DNA of 64,000 nt from Eubacteriales bacterium (GTDB lineage: Bacteria; Bacillota; Clostridia; Oscillospirales; UBA644). Positions 20,518 to 29,365 of the stretch are shown here, in pieces. The number at the start of each line of letters is the position of its first letter. Position 1 is the stretch's first letter. Position numbers and translations under genes: made by a program. The stretch spans positions 422-64,421 of the forward strand of contig JAZPXN010000085.1 of assembly GCA_045543655.1 (NCBI GenBank), in the 5' to 3' direction. The notes under the pieces were generated by a model, which saw only the letters and a program-made list of their open reading frames with translations, had not been told where the DNA came from and ran no database searches.

Positions 20518-21822
20518 ATGATAGGTCCCATAATCTTACAGATCGTGTTGATCATTCTGAACGCGATTTTTGCATCGGCGGAGACGGCCATGGTCTCGTC
20601 CAATACCACCCGCATTGAGCACCTTGCGTCGGAGGGCGATAAGCGTGCGAAGCGTCTTTTGGCCCTCACCGCCAATCCCTCCCGCTTCCTTTCCACCGTC
20701 CAGGTCACCATTACCCTGGCCGGGTTTTTGGGAAGTGCCTTCGCGGCGGAAAACTTTGCAGATCCCCTGGTGGATTTTCTGCTGGCCCGGGGACTGCCTC
20801 TGAGTGAGGCGGTGCTCGATTCCATCTGCGTATTTCTGATCACCATCCTACTCTCGTTTTTCAGCATCGTCTTCGGCGAATTGGTTCCCAAGCGGGTAGC
20901 CCTGAAGGATCCCGATAAATCGGCGCTGGCTTTGGCGGGGCTTCTCAATTTCGTTTCGGTCATCTTTGCCCCCTTCGTTTGGATTCTGACCAAATCCACC
21001 AACGCGGTCCTGCGGATGATGCGCATCGACCCCAACGAAAGCGACGACGAGGTCACCGAAGAGGACGTGCGGATTATGCTGGAATCCGGCAGTGAAAAAG
21101 GCACGATCGACAAGGCGGAAACCGAGATGATCCGCAATATTTTTGAATTCGACGATACCGACCTCAGCGAGATCTGCACCCATCGCAGGGACGTGGTAAT
21201 TCTGTACGAAAACGAATCGGCCGAGACCTGGGAAAAGATCCTGCTTGAGACCCGGTTTTCCTATTATCCCATCTGCGGCGAGACTGCCGACGACATCCGG
21301 GATATTCTGGATGCGGACAAATTCTTCCGCACCGTGGGGCAGTTGGGCTTCGAGGCCGCCGTGGCTGACGCCCGCAGCAAGCCCATGTTCGTCCCCGAAC
21401 ACGGCAAGGCCGATATGCTCTTCTCCAAAATGAAGGAGACCGGAGAGACCTTCGCCGTGCTGATCGACGAATACGGCGGAATGCAGGGCGTGGTCACCTT
21501 CCACGATCTGCTGGATTGTCTGGTGGGCAATCTCCGGGGCAAGGAGGCGGAGGAGATCCGTTCTTTGGGCGAGAATCGCTGGGCCGTCAAGGGCTCCGCT
21601 TCCCCCGATCTGGTGGCAGAGACCTTGCATATCGAGCTGGAAACCGAGGGCTACGAGACCTTCGGCGGCTACGTTCTGGATTTGCTGGGCGCCATTCCCG
21701 AAGACGGTTCTCATCCCGAGACCGAAACCGACGACCTGCTTCTGCAGGTAACCAAGGTAGGGGACCGGCGCATTGAGTGGGTCACCGTCACCAAAAAGCC
21801 GAAGGAAGAAACCGAAGAATAA
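20518..21822 (+). CDS. CNNM/CorC (HlyC/hemolysin-family) CBS-domain membrane protein, putative Mg2+/Co2+ efflux
   Basis: DUF21-like LNAIFASAETA and FGELVPK, CBS-region IDEYGG, and a CorC_HlyC-like ETFGGYV...IP tail. Confidence 0.9.
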   Translation: MIGPIILQIVLIILNAIFASAETAMVSSNTTRIEHLASEGDKRAKRLLALTANPSRFLSTVQVTITLAGFLGSAFAAENFADPLVDFLLARGLPLSEAVLDSICVFLITILLSFFSIVFGELVPKRVALKDPDKSALALAGLLNFVSVIFAPFVWILTKSTNAVLRMMRIDPNESDDEVTEEDVRIMLESGSEKGTIDKAETEMIRNIFEFDDTDLSEICTHRRDVVILYENESAETWEKILLETRFSYYPICGETADDIRDILDADKFFRTVGQLGFEAAVADARSKPMFVPEHGKADMLFSKMKETGETFAVLIDEYGGMQGVVTFHDLLDCLVGNLRGKEAEEIRSLGENRWAVKGSASPDLVAETLHIELETEGYETFGGYVLDLLGAIPEDGSHPETETDDLLLQVTKVGDRRIEWVTVTKKPKEETEE

Positions 21823-21840
21823 CGCCGGAATCCGACGTTG

Positions 21841-21870
21841 GGAGAGAGGAGAGGTCCTCTCTCCTTTTTT
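21841..21870 (+). terminator. Intrinsic terminator
   Basis: GGAGAGAGGA-GAGG-TCCTCTCTCC followed by a T run. Confidence 0.8.
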
Positions 21871-21994
21871 ATATCAAAATCGGTGAATTCCGGTAAAAAT
21901 CGGAAGATATTGATAAAACCCCGGAAAAATGCGATAGATATTCCCCGGCGGACGTGGTATAATGAGAGCATAAAATATACGGAGGTTTTTTGCT

Positions 21995-23437
21995 ATGGAA
22001 CGCTTGCTTCCCATCGGAAAAATCAAAACGAAGCCGTCGAAGGAGATCCCCTTTTCCCGCATCGGCATCGGATTCGAAAAACTGGACCGGGACGTTTTCG
22101 ATCCCGAAAAGGCTTACGATAAGGTTGCGGCTCTGGGGGTAAAATCCGCCCGCCTGCAATCGGGTTGGGCTCGCTGTGAGAAAGAAAATGGCGTCTATGA
22201 TTTCGCCTGGCTGGACGCGATCGTGGATCGGTTTCTGTCTCTTTCCATCGAGCCCTGGATCAATCTTTCCTACGGAAATCCCCTCTATACCGAATGTGCC
22301 CGTAAGTCCTTCGGCTCCGTGGGATGCCCTCCCATTAACTGCGAAGAGGCCATGAACGCCTGGATCGCTTACGTCAAGGCCGTCGTCCGTCATTTTGAGG
22401 GAAGAGTTACTTATTACGAAATTTGGAACGAGCCCGATTGCGATTACAGCTGGAAGCACGACGGCGAAGCCGTCCCCCGCCCCGACGCCGCCGAATACGG
22501 CGTCTTCTGCCGGGAGACCGCCAAGGCGATTCACGAGGTGAGCGCTACGGCAAAAACCATGGGCTTCGGGCTTTCAAATCTGGTGAAAAATCTGGATTTC
22601 GTGGCCGGCGCTTTTGATCAGGGGGCTCTGGAGCATCTGGACGCCGTCGCCTATCATTCCTATTCCGTGGACGATTTCAACCGTCTTCAGCGCATCGAGG
22701 ATCTGCGTACCCTTTGCCGTTTCCGGGGCAAAGAGGTGGATATCGTGCAGGGGGAGACCGGCTCCCAATCCCGTAGCGACGGTTGCGGCGCCATGCACGG
22801 CTTCCAATGGACGCCGGAATTGCAGGTCAAGCATCTTCTGCGGTGCATGACCGTGGATCTCTACGCCGACGTTCTGTTTACCTCTCACTTCACCACCGTG
22901 GATATGATCGAAGCTCTGCGGGGAGTTGTGGGAAACAAGGCTTCTTATTTGGATTACGGCTATTTCGGCGTGCTCGGCGCCGATTTTGACGAGGACGGCC
23001 ACTCCACCGGAGAATATACCCCCAAACCCTCCTATTACGCCCTGCAAAATATGGCGGCGGTCTTTCAAGGGGAATGGAAGCCATCCTTGCTTCCCATCTC
23101 CCGCCAGCGGTTGGGATCCCGGAGAGTCAATGGGGAAGATTGCAACGATCCCACAATGATGGGCTGCGGCTTTGTGCGCCCCGACGGTACGGCCCTTTAC
23201 GCCTATTGGAACGCCGTCCCCATGCTGACCCACACCTACCGGGGAACCGTTTCCTATTTCATTGACCGCTCCCTTCCCGTTCCCCGTCTGGTAAACCCTG
23301 CCGACGGCGCCGTATACGGGATTCCGGAAGGGATGATCGAAGCTCGTCCCGGCGGATTTTTACTGAAAAATCTCCCCGTCACCGATATTCCGCTGATGTT
23401 GATCTTCGGCGATTTCGCGGAGGTCGAGCCCCGATAA
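21995..23437 (+). CDS. Clan GH-A glycoside hydrolase (GH39/GH5-like), cytoplasmic
   Basis: Motifs GVYDFAWLD, YYEIWNEPD (acid/base), AYHSY, QGETG (nucleophile region) and PKPSYYA. No signal peptide. Confidence 0.75.
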   Translation: MERLLPIGKIKTKPSKEIPFSRIGIGFEKLDRDVFDPEKAYDKVAALGVKSARLQSGWARCEKENGVYDFAWLDAIVDRFLSLSIEPWINLSYGNPLYTECARKSFGSVGCPPINCEEAMNAWIAYVKAVVRHFEGRVTYYEIWNEPDCDYSWKHDGEAVPRPDAAEYGVFCRETAKAIHEVSATAKTMGFGLSNLVKNLDFVAGAFDQGALEHLDAVAYHSYSVDDFNRLQRIEDLRTLCRFRGKEVDIVQGETGSQSRSDGCGAMHGFQWTPELQVKHLLRCMTVDLYADVLFTSHFTTVDMIEALRGVVGNKASYLDYGYFGVLGADFDEDGHSTGEYTPKPSYYALQNMAAVFQGEWKPSLLPISRQRLGSRRVNGEDCNDPTMMGCGFVRPDGTALYAYWNAVPMLTHTYRGTVSYFIDRSLPVPRLVNPADGAVYGIPEGMIEARPGGFLLKNLPVTDIPLMLIFGDFAEVEPR

Positions 23438-23464
23438 CAGTACCTGCATTTTACGGTAAAACAA

Positions 23465-23497
23465 AGGACGGAGCATCCGCAAATGCTCCGTCCTATT
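23465..23497 (+). terminator. Terminator hairpin after the glycoside hydrolase
   Basis: AGGACGGAGCAT-CCGCAA-ATGCTCCGTCCT, a perfect 12-bp stem. Confidence 0.75.
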
Positions 23498-23544
23498 TGT
23501 ATCTTATTCTCTTCAAAAAAACAATCCGGCAACCCCCGGCAATA

Positions 23545-23570
23545 TTTCGCAGAGGTAGGTACTCTGCGAT
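23545..23570 (+). repeat. Left 26-bp inverted repeat (putative recombinase site)
   Basis: TTTCGCAGAGGTAGGTACTCTGCGAT is the exact reverse complement of 23814-23839. Confidence 0.95.
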
Positions 23571-23780
23571 TTTATCCTTTCCCCCGTAGTACGATTCCGG
23601 AAAACGACGGCAGATTTGACGGCGCATCCCGCACAACGCTTTCGAAATATCCGTTTGTTTCAAGGCATTCCCGACGGCAACGGGGACGGCGCAAAATAAA
23701 TAAAGACGCATTTTCCCCCTCTTGCGTCGGTTTAATAATCAAACTTTCTGTTAAATTTTGAAAAAGTCATAGAAAAAATG

Positions 23781-23809
23781 TTGCATTTTTCTCTATAATG
23801 TGGTAGAAT
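23781..23809 (+). promoter_or_regulatory. Sigma-A promoter inside the invertible segment
   Basis: TTGCAT-17 bp-TAGAAT with an extended -10 TG, ending 4 bp before the right inverted repeat. Confidence 0.7.
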
Positions 23810-23813
23810 AGTG

Positions 23814-23839
23814 ATCGCAGAGTACCTACCTCTGCGAAA
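23814..23839 (-). repeat. Right 26-bp inverted repeat (putative recombinase site)
   Basis: ATCGCAGAGTACCTACCTCTGCGAAA lies between the promoter and the RBS (GAGGAGG) of the 957-aa gene. Confidence 0.95.
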
Positions 23840-23868
23840 CAAAAATATCCTTATGAGGAGGAAAAGCA

Positions 23869-26742
23869 ATGCAAAAACACACGAAAAAAGCATTGATGCT
23901 CAGCGTTCTGTCTTTGATTCTCTGCGTATCCATGCTGGTCGGCACCACCTTCGCGTGGTTCACCGACTCCGTCACCACCGGTGTCAACGTTATTCAATCC
24001 GGCAATCTGGACATCGAATTGGAATATTCCAAGACGATGGCTGATGACGATTGGGATGACGCCAAAGACGCCACCGACCTGCTGAACCCCGCTGCCCGTT
24101 GGGAACCCGGCCACACCGAGGTCGTCTACCTTCGGATTACCAACGCAGGCGATCTTGCCCTGAAATATCAGTTCCTCATGAAAATTGAGAGTTCTGTTAT
24201 CGGCAAGAGCGTTCTTGGCAACGATATCGATCTTGCAGACTACTTGAAGTACGATATTGTTGACGTCACTGCTGCCTTTGAGAATCGTGCCGCCGCCCGC
24301 GCCGCCGTTGTGGATGGGAAAAACCTGATCGGCGAAAGCGTTTCCGGCGAAATGCTCCCCAAGGCTGCCCCCAGAACCCTCGCTCTTATCGTTTATATGC
24401 CTGAAACCGTGGGCAATGAGGCCAACTACCGCGGCGATGCTATCCCCACGATCAACGTTCTGTTCGACCTCTTTGCCACCCAGTATACTCATGAGTCCGA
24501 CTCCTTCAACAATCAGTACGATAAGGCTGCTCCCTGGACGGGCGACGTGGATACTCATTGGTACTTCGACGATCCTACGGCTACGGAATTCACCATTGAT
24601 TCTGCGGCCGAGCTTGCCGGTCTTGCGGCAATCGTCAACGGTACCGCTACCGCTCCTTCCACCACCTTCTCCCTGAGAAGCACCCCCGCCGTCGTTCAGG
24701 ACACCTTTGAAGGCAAGACCGTTTATCTTGGTGCGGACATTGACCTGAGAGAGCTCCCCTGGACTCCCATCGGCAGAACCGGTGCTACCACCACCGATTT
24801 CACCTATGCTTTCCGTGGGACCTTTGACGGCAAGAATCACACCGTTTCCAATCTCTACGTTGCCAACGAAGGTTGGGCCGGCCTCTTCGGTATCGCTTAT
24901 AAAGCAACCTTGAAGAACGTGAAGATTTCCAATGCCTCCATTCAGAGTAACCGCATGGCCGGTGCACTGGTTGGTCAGCTTTACGGCAGCATCGATAATT
25001 GCCACGTGGACGGTGCTGATATCATGGTCGTTCCCAATGCAGTTGGGGATTCCTATGACAATGGCGATAAGGTCGGCGGCATCGTCGGATGGCTCGGCGA
25101 CAACGGAAACAACCGCACCCTTACTAACTGCTCTGTGAAGAATGCTAAAATCGGTGCCTACCGTGATGTCGGCGGCATTGCCGGTTACGTCGCTTCTTCT
25201 ACTACCGTTTCCGGGAATGCCGTTGCCAACGTTCAGATTACCGTTGACCAGACTTCCTTCTTCTATGGTGAAAAGGATGTCAATGCCGGTTTGATTTACG
25301 GTAGAACCGGCGGTGCTATCAATGATGATAATACGAATAGCTCTGATGAAGAAAGCTCCATTGAAGCGACTTACAGCAAAGACGGCTTGACCCTGAAATC
25401 TGGGTCCGAGTATGAAGGAGCAATCCTTTATCTTGTTCCCGCAGATTACGACAAGACTACCGTGAACGTTCCTGAAGGCGTTACCACGATTGGTAATTAT
25501 GCATTTGCTTACAATAGCAATGTTGAAACCGTCACTCTGTCTTCTTCCGTGAGAGATCTTGGTCGCGGTTTTGATTCCAGTAGCGTTAAGAAGGTTGTCT
25601 TGAATGAAGGCCTTAAAGTTATTAGCAGCCGCGCATTTAGAAGCACTACTGCTCTTGAGGAGGTTGTAATCTCCTCCACCGTTACCGAGATTTCGGACAA
25701 TGCTTTCCAAAAGTCCAGCATCAAAGAAATTGTGATTCCTGCCAATGTGAAGACGGTTGGCGAAACTGCCTTCGGTGCTTCCTTGATTGAAAAGGTTACC
25801 TTTGAAGGCGATATTGCTATTCAGGGTTATGCATTCCGCGGCTGTCCCAAACTTCATACCGTGGTTATGAACGGTTATGACGTGACCTTCGTTGCGTCTA
25901 CCCTCAACGGCAGAAATTCCATGTGGTTCTGCAACGGTGAATCCAACAACCCCAACGTCAGTGATATCGATTTCTACGTAAAGAATGCGGTTGTTAAGGA
26001 AAGAGTTCTGACCGCAATGGGTGCCGAAAGAAACAACACCGATGTTTATATTGCAACTGAAAACGGTGGTTACTATGTTGATGCACAGGGCAACGCCCAT
26101 GCGTACGATGCAGAAACTCTGGTAGCTGCTTTGGAAGCGGGCAAGGGCGTTACTCTTCACGAAGATTCCAAAATCGATCCCGCCGGCATGAGCAATGCGT
26201 ACGGCACCACCGGGATCAACGTGAAGAACGGCCAGACCATCGACGGCGGCGGCAATATCCTTGATATCAAGGGCGCCGGCGGCACTTGGGACTCTGGGAT
26301 CAACACTACCGGTGGTCTGATTAAGAACATCACCGTTACCGGCTCCTTCCGTGGCATCTTTATCAATCACAATAGTGATCACTCCGAAAAGGTCGTTCTG
26401 GAAAACGTCATCATTGACGGTACCACCTACACCATCAGCTGTGATCAGGGTACCAATAATGGGCTTGAAGCCACCAATTGTACCTTTAACGGCTGGACTT
26501 CCTATGCCGCTACTCTCGGCGATGCGAAGTTTGTTGACTGCTCCTTCGGTGAAGGCAACGGTTACGCTTTCTGCCGTCCCTACGCTCCCACCGAATTCGT
26601 GGGCTGCGATTTCGAGGCTGGTTATACCGTTGATCCGAGAGCTAACGTAGTTTTTGAGAACTGCACCATTGGCGGCGTCGCTCTGACTGCCGGAAACGTT
26701 GCAGACCTCGTTACCGACATTGCAAAAGTCACCGTAAAATAA
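23869..26742 (+). CDS. Surface protein with a SipW-type signal peptide, TasA/camelysin-like N-terminus, GLUG-like beta-helix and BspA-type leucine-rich repeats
   Basis: N-terminus LVGTTFAWFTD....N....GNLD and YLRITNAGDLALKY. Middle region FRGTFDGKNHTVSNL, GLFG and VGGIVG. LRR_5-like repeats VPEGVTTIGNYAF, VTEISDNAF and IPANVKTVGETAF. Confidence 0.82.
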   Translation: MQKHTKKALMLSVLSLILCVSMLVGTTFAWFTDSVTTGVNVIQSGNLDIELEYSKTMADDDWDDAKDATDLLNPAARWEPGHTEVVYLRITNAGDLALKYQFLMKIESSVIGKSVLGNDIDLADYLKYDIVDVTAAFENRAAARAAVVDGKNLIGESVSGEMLPKAAPRTLALIVYMPETVGNEANYRGDAIPTINVLFDLFATQYTHESDSFNNQYDKAAPWTGDVDTHWYFDDPTATEFTIDSAAELAGLAAIVNGTATAPSTTFSLRSTPAVVQDTFEGKTVYLGADIDLRELPWTPIGRTGATTTDFTYAFRGTFDGKNHTVSNLYVANEGWAGLFGIAYKATLKNVKISNASIQSNRMAGALVGQLYGSIDNCHVDGADIMVVPNAVGDSYDNGDKVGGIVGWLGDNGNNRTLTNCSVKNAKIGAYRDVGGIAGYVASSTTVSGNAVANVQITVDQTSFFYGEKDVNAGLIYGRTGGAINDDNTNSSDEESSIEATYSKDGLTLKSGSEYEGAILYLVPADYDKTTVNVPEGVTTIGNYAFAYNSNVETVTLSSSVRDLGRGFDSSSVKKVVLNEGLKVISSRAFRSTTALEEVVISSTVTEISDNAFQKSSIKEIVIPANVKTVGETAFGASLIEKVTFEGDIAIQGYAFRGCPKLHTVVMNGYDVTFVASTLNGRNSMWFCNGESNNPNVSDIDFYVKNAVVKERVLTAMGAERNNTDVYIATENGGYYVDAQGNAHAYDAETLVAALEAGKGVTLHEDSKIDPAGMSNAYGTTGINVKNGQTIDGGGNILDIKGAGGTWDSGINTTGGLIKNITVTGSFRGIFINHNSDHSEKVVLENVIIDGTTYTISCDQGTNNGLEATNCTFNGWTSYAATLGDAKFVDCSFGEGNGYAFCRPYAPTEFVGCDFEAGYTVDPRANVVFENCTIGGVALTAGNVADLVTDIAKVTVK

Positions 26743-26763
26743 TTTCATCCGAAATGATTTTCG

Positions 26764-26794
26764 TCCCTCACCCTTCGGGGTGGGGGATTTTTTT
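26764..26794 (+). terminator. Intrinsic terminator
   Basis: TCCCTCACCC-TTCG-GGGTGGGGGA followed by a T run. Confidence 0.85.
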
Positions 26795-26827
26795 GTCGTT
26801 GCGCGTTTGTTTTTTTTGTTTTGGGGG

Positions 26828-26886
26828 TTGACAAGGGGCGGGGAATGTGGTATAATAATAACAGGTGATATATAACATCTGTTATT
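26828..26886 (+). promoter_or_regulatory. Consensus promoter plus probable TetR operator
   Basis: TTGACA-17 bp-TATAAT (26828-26856) is followed immediately by the 30-bp imperfect palindrome AATAACAGGTGATATATAACATCTGTTATT. Confidence 0.75.
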
Positions 26887-26901
26887 TATGGAGGTGTCGA
26901 A

Positions 26902-27462
26902 ATGCCGCCGAAGGTTCGGATCACGAAAAAAGAGATCGTTGCCGCCGCCGTGGAGCTGGTGCGTAGCCGGGGAGAAGAGGCGCTGAACGCCCGGGAATTG
27001 GCCGGCTGTCTGGGGTGCTCCACCCAGCCGATTTTTTCCAATTTTGCGTCCATGGAGCAGGTTCGTCAGGCCGTGGTGGATGCCGCGGAAGAGACCTACG
27101 GGGAGTACGTTTGCCGGGAAAATGAATCCGGAAAATACCCGCCCTATAAGGCCTCCGGCATGGCGTATATCCGCTTTGCCCGGGAGGAAAAAGAGCTGTT
27201 TCGCCTGCTTTTTATGCGGGATCGGACGGGGGAAGCCATCCCGGAGCAGACCGACCTGGGAGACCGGGCGGAGGAGCAGGTGCGCCGGAATACGGGGCTA
27301 GATCCTGCGGAGGCGAAACTGTTTCATTTGGAAATGTGGGCTTTCGTTCATGGAATTGCCTCCATGACCGCCACCGGATATTTGGATCTGGAGTGGGAGT
27401 TGGTCAGCCGGATGCTCACCGATTCCTATCAGGGATTGAAGAGCCGCTTTGGAAAGGAGTAA
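26902..27462 (+). CDS. TetR/AcrR family transcriptional regulator
   Basis: N-terminal HTH (NARELAGCLGCSTQPIFSNF) and C-terminal WAFVHGIA. Confidence 0.9.
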   Translation: MPPKVRITKKEIVAAAVELVRSRGEEALNARELAGCLGCSTQPIFSNFASMEQVRQAVVDAAEETYGEYVCRENESGKYPPYKASGMAYIRFAREEKELFRLLFMRDRTGEAIPEQTDLGDRAEEQVRRNTGLDPAEAKLFHLEMWAFVHGIASMTATGYLDLEWELVSRMLTDSYQGLKSRFGKE

Positions 27463-27465
27463 GGG

Positions 27466-28194
27466 ATGGACGCCATCGTATTGAAAAATTTGACGAAACG
27501 GTACCGTGATACCCTGGCGGTGGACGGCCTGTCTCTGTCGGTACGGCAGGGGGAGATCTTTGCGCTTTTAGGGGTGAACGGTGCGGGGAAAACCACCACC
27601 GTCCGAATGCTCTCCGGGCTGACGGCCCCTACGGCAGGGGAGGCTTTTCTGATGGGGAAAAGCATCCGTACCGAGGGGGCAGAGATCAAAAAGATCATCG
27701 GTGTTTCGCCCCAGGAAACGGCGGTGGCTCCGGGCTTGACCGTCCGGGAAAATCTGGAGCTGCTCTGCGGACTTTACGGATTTTCCAAGGAAAAGCGCCG
27801 GGAGAAAACGGAGGAATTGACCGCAATTTTCGGCCTTTCGAAGATACTGAAGAAGAAAGCCGGAAAATTATCCGGAGGCTGGCAACGGCGGCTGAGCATC
27901 GCTATGGCGTTGATCTGTGAGCCGGAAATTTTGTTTTTAGACGAGCCGACCCTGGGACTGGACGTATTGGCCCGGAGCGATCTTTGGGATCTGATCCGAG
28001 GCCTGCGGGGGAAGGTAACGGTAGTGTTGACCACCCATTATATGGAAGAAGCGGAGTTCCTCTCTGATCGGGTGGCGATTCTGAAAGACGGGCGGCTTCT
28101 GGCCCTGGGAACGCCGGCGGAGATCAACGCATCCGCCGGGTGCGACCGCCTGGAAGAGGCCTTCGTGCGGATCGTGAAAGGAGAAAGGATATGA
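27466..28194 (+). CDS. ABC-2 type exporter, ATP-binding subunit
   Basis: Motifs GVNGAGKTT, LSGGWQRR, LFLDEPT and TTHYMEEA. Confidence 0.93.
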   Translation: MDAIVLKNLTKRYRDTLAVDGLSLSVRQGEIFALLGVNGAGKTTTVRMLSGLTAPTAGEAFLMGKSIRTEGAEIKKIIGVSPQETAVAPGLTVRENLELLCGLYGFSKEKRREKTEELTAIFGLSKILKKKAGKLSGGWQRRLSIAMALICEPEILFLDEPTLGLDVLARSDLWDLIRGLRGKVTVVLTTHYMEEAEFLSDRVAILKDGRLLALGTPAEINASAGCDRLEEAFVRIVKGERI

Positions 28195-28922
28195 GGACGT
28201 TGTTTTTCGCCGGACGGAATGCCCGGGAGATTTTGCGGGATCCTCTGAACCTGGCCTTCGGGCTGGGGTTTCCGGTGGCGCTCTTGCTGCTGTTGTCTGC
28301 CATTCAGGCCAATATTCCGGTATCTCTCTTTGAGATCGATCATCTGGCGCCGGGCATCAGCGTGTTTGGTCTTTCGTTTATGACGTTGTTCTCTGCGACG
28401 GTGATCGCAAAAGATCGGGGAAGCGCTTTTCTTGCCCGGCTGTACACCACGCCCCTGACTGCCGGGGATTTCATCTTGGGCTATACCTTGCCGATGCTCC
28501 TGATTTCTCTGGTGCAGACCGGAATTTGCTACGGGTTGGCGCTGATTCTGGGGCTGGAGCCTTCGGTGCGGATTCTGTGGGGGATTTTGTGGAATTTGCC
28601 GGCGGCGCTGTTGTTTGTGGGACTGGGGCTTCTTTGCGGAAGCCTTCTGAACGATAAGCAGGTGGGCGGGATCTGCGGTGCGCTCTTGACCAATCTTTCG
28701 GCCTGGCTTTCGGGGATCTGGTTCGATCTGGATCTGGCGGGCGGCCTTTTCCGGAAGATCGCAAACTTCCTGCCCTTCGTCCATGCGGTGGAACTGCAGC
28801 GGGCGGTAATTTCCGGGGATTTCGGGGCGGTTTTCCCTCATTTCTGCTGGGTATTTGCCTATGGGCTGGCCGTCCTGATTGCGGCGATTTTCTGCTTCCT
28901 GCGGCAGATGAAGAGCCGGTGA
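28191..28922 (+). CDS. ABC-2 type exporter permease
   Basis: About six hydrophobic segments. The ATGA start overlaps the ATPase stop. Confidence 0.88.
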   Translation: MRTLFFAGRNAREILRDPLNLAFGLGFPVALLLLLSAIQANIPVSLFEIDHLAPGISVFGLSFMTLFSATVIAKDRGSAFLARLYTTPLTAGDFILGYTLPMLLISLVQTGICYGLALILGLEPSVRILWGILWNLPAALLFVGLGLLCGSLLNDKQVGGICGALLTNLSAWLSGIWFDLDLAGGLFRKIANFLPFVHAVELQRAVISGDFGAVFPHFCWVFAYGLAVLIAAIFCFLRQMKSR

Positions 28923-28940
28923 GGGGTATCGTAAAATATA

Positions 28941-28969
28941 AAAAGGAGCCTGCTCGTTGAGCAGGCTCC
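28941..28969 (-). terminator. Terminator between convergent genes
   Basis: An A run followed by GGAGCCTGCTC-GTT-GAGCAGGCTCC. Confidence 0.75.
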
Positions 28970-28984
28970 GATTGCGCTTCGGCG

Positions 28985-29365
28985 TTATTCCAAAAAGATT
29001 TTGCGGGTTACGAAATTGAAGACCATGACGATGCCCGTGGCCAGGATCTTGACGAGCATATAGTTCCAGACCAGGACGTTGACGCCCAGGTGCATCAAAA
29101 GCTCCGTCAAAAGCAGCCCGATGACGCTGAAGACGACGAACAGGATGAAGTTGCGGGCCTTGCTCTTCTTTTTATCCACCGCAAAGACGAATTTCACGCT
29201 GAGATAATAATTTGCGATGACCGAGACCGTGAAGGCGATGGCCGAGGAGATCAGCACGTTTATTTGCGCAAGGTCGGTCAGCACGAACAGCACGGCGAAG
29301 TCGATGAGGAAGCAAAGCACCCCAACGCCGCCGAATTTAACGATCTGATAAAGTATCTTTTTCAT
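28985..29365 (-). CDS. GtrA family membrane protein (putative lipid-sugar flippase)
   Basis: Motifs QIVKFGGVG..FLIDF, NYYLS.KFVF and FNFVTRKIF, with four TM helices. Confidence 0.9.
   Translation of the reverse strand: MKKILYQIVKFGGVGVLCFLIDFAVLFVLTDLAQINVLISSAIAFTVSVIANYYLSVKFVFAVDKKKSKARNFILFVVFSVIGLLLTELLMHLGVNVLVWNYMLVKILATGIVMVFNFVTRKIFLE

Larger units (their letters stand above)
23545..23839. promoter_or_regulatory. Putative invertible promoter segment (inverton), ON orientation
   Basis: A 243-bp non-coding segment flanked by perfect 26-bp inverted repeats. It contains a promoter pointing into the downstream surface-protein gene. Confidence 0.75.
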
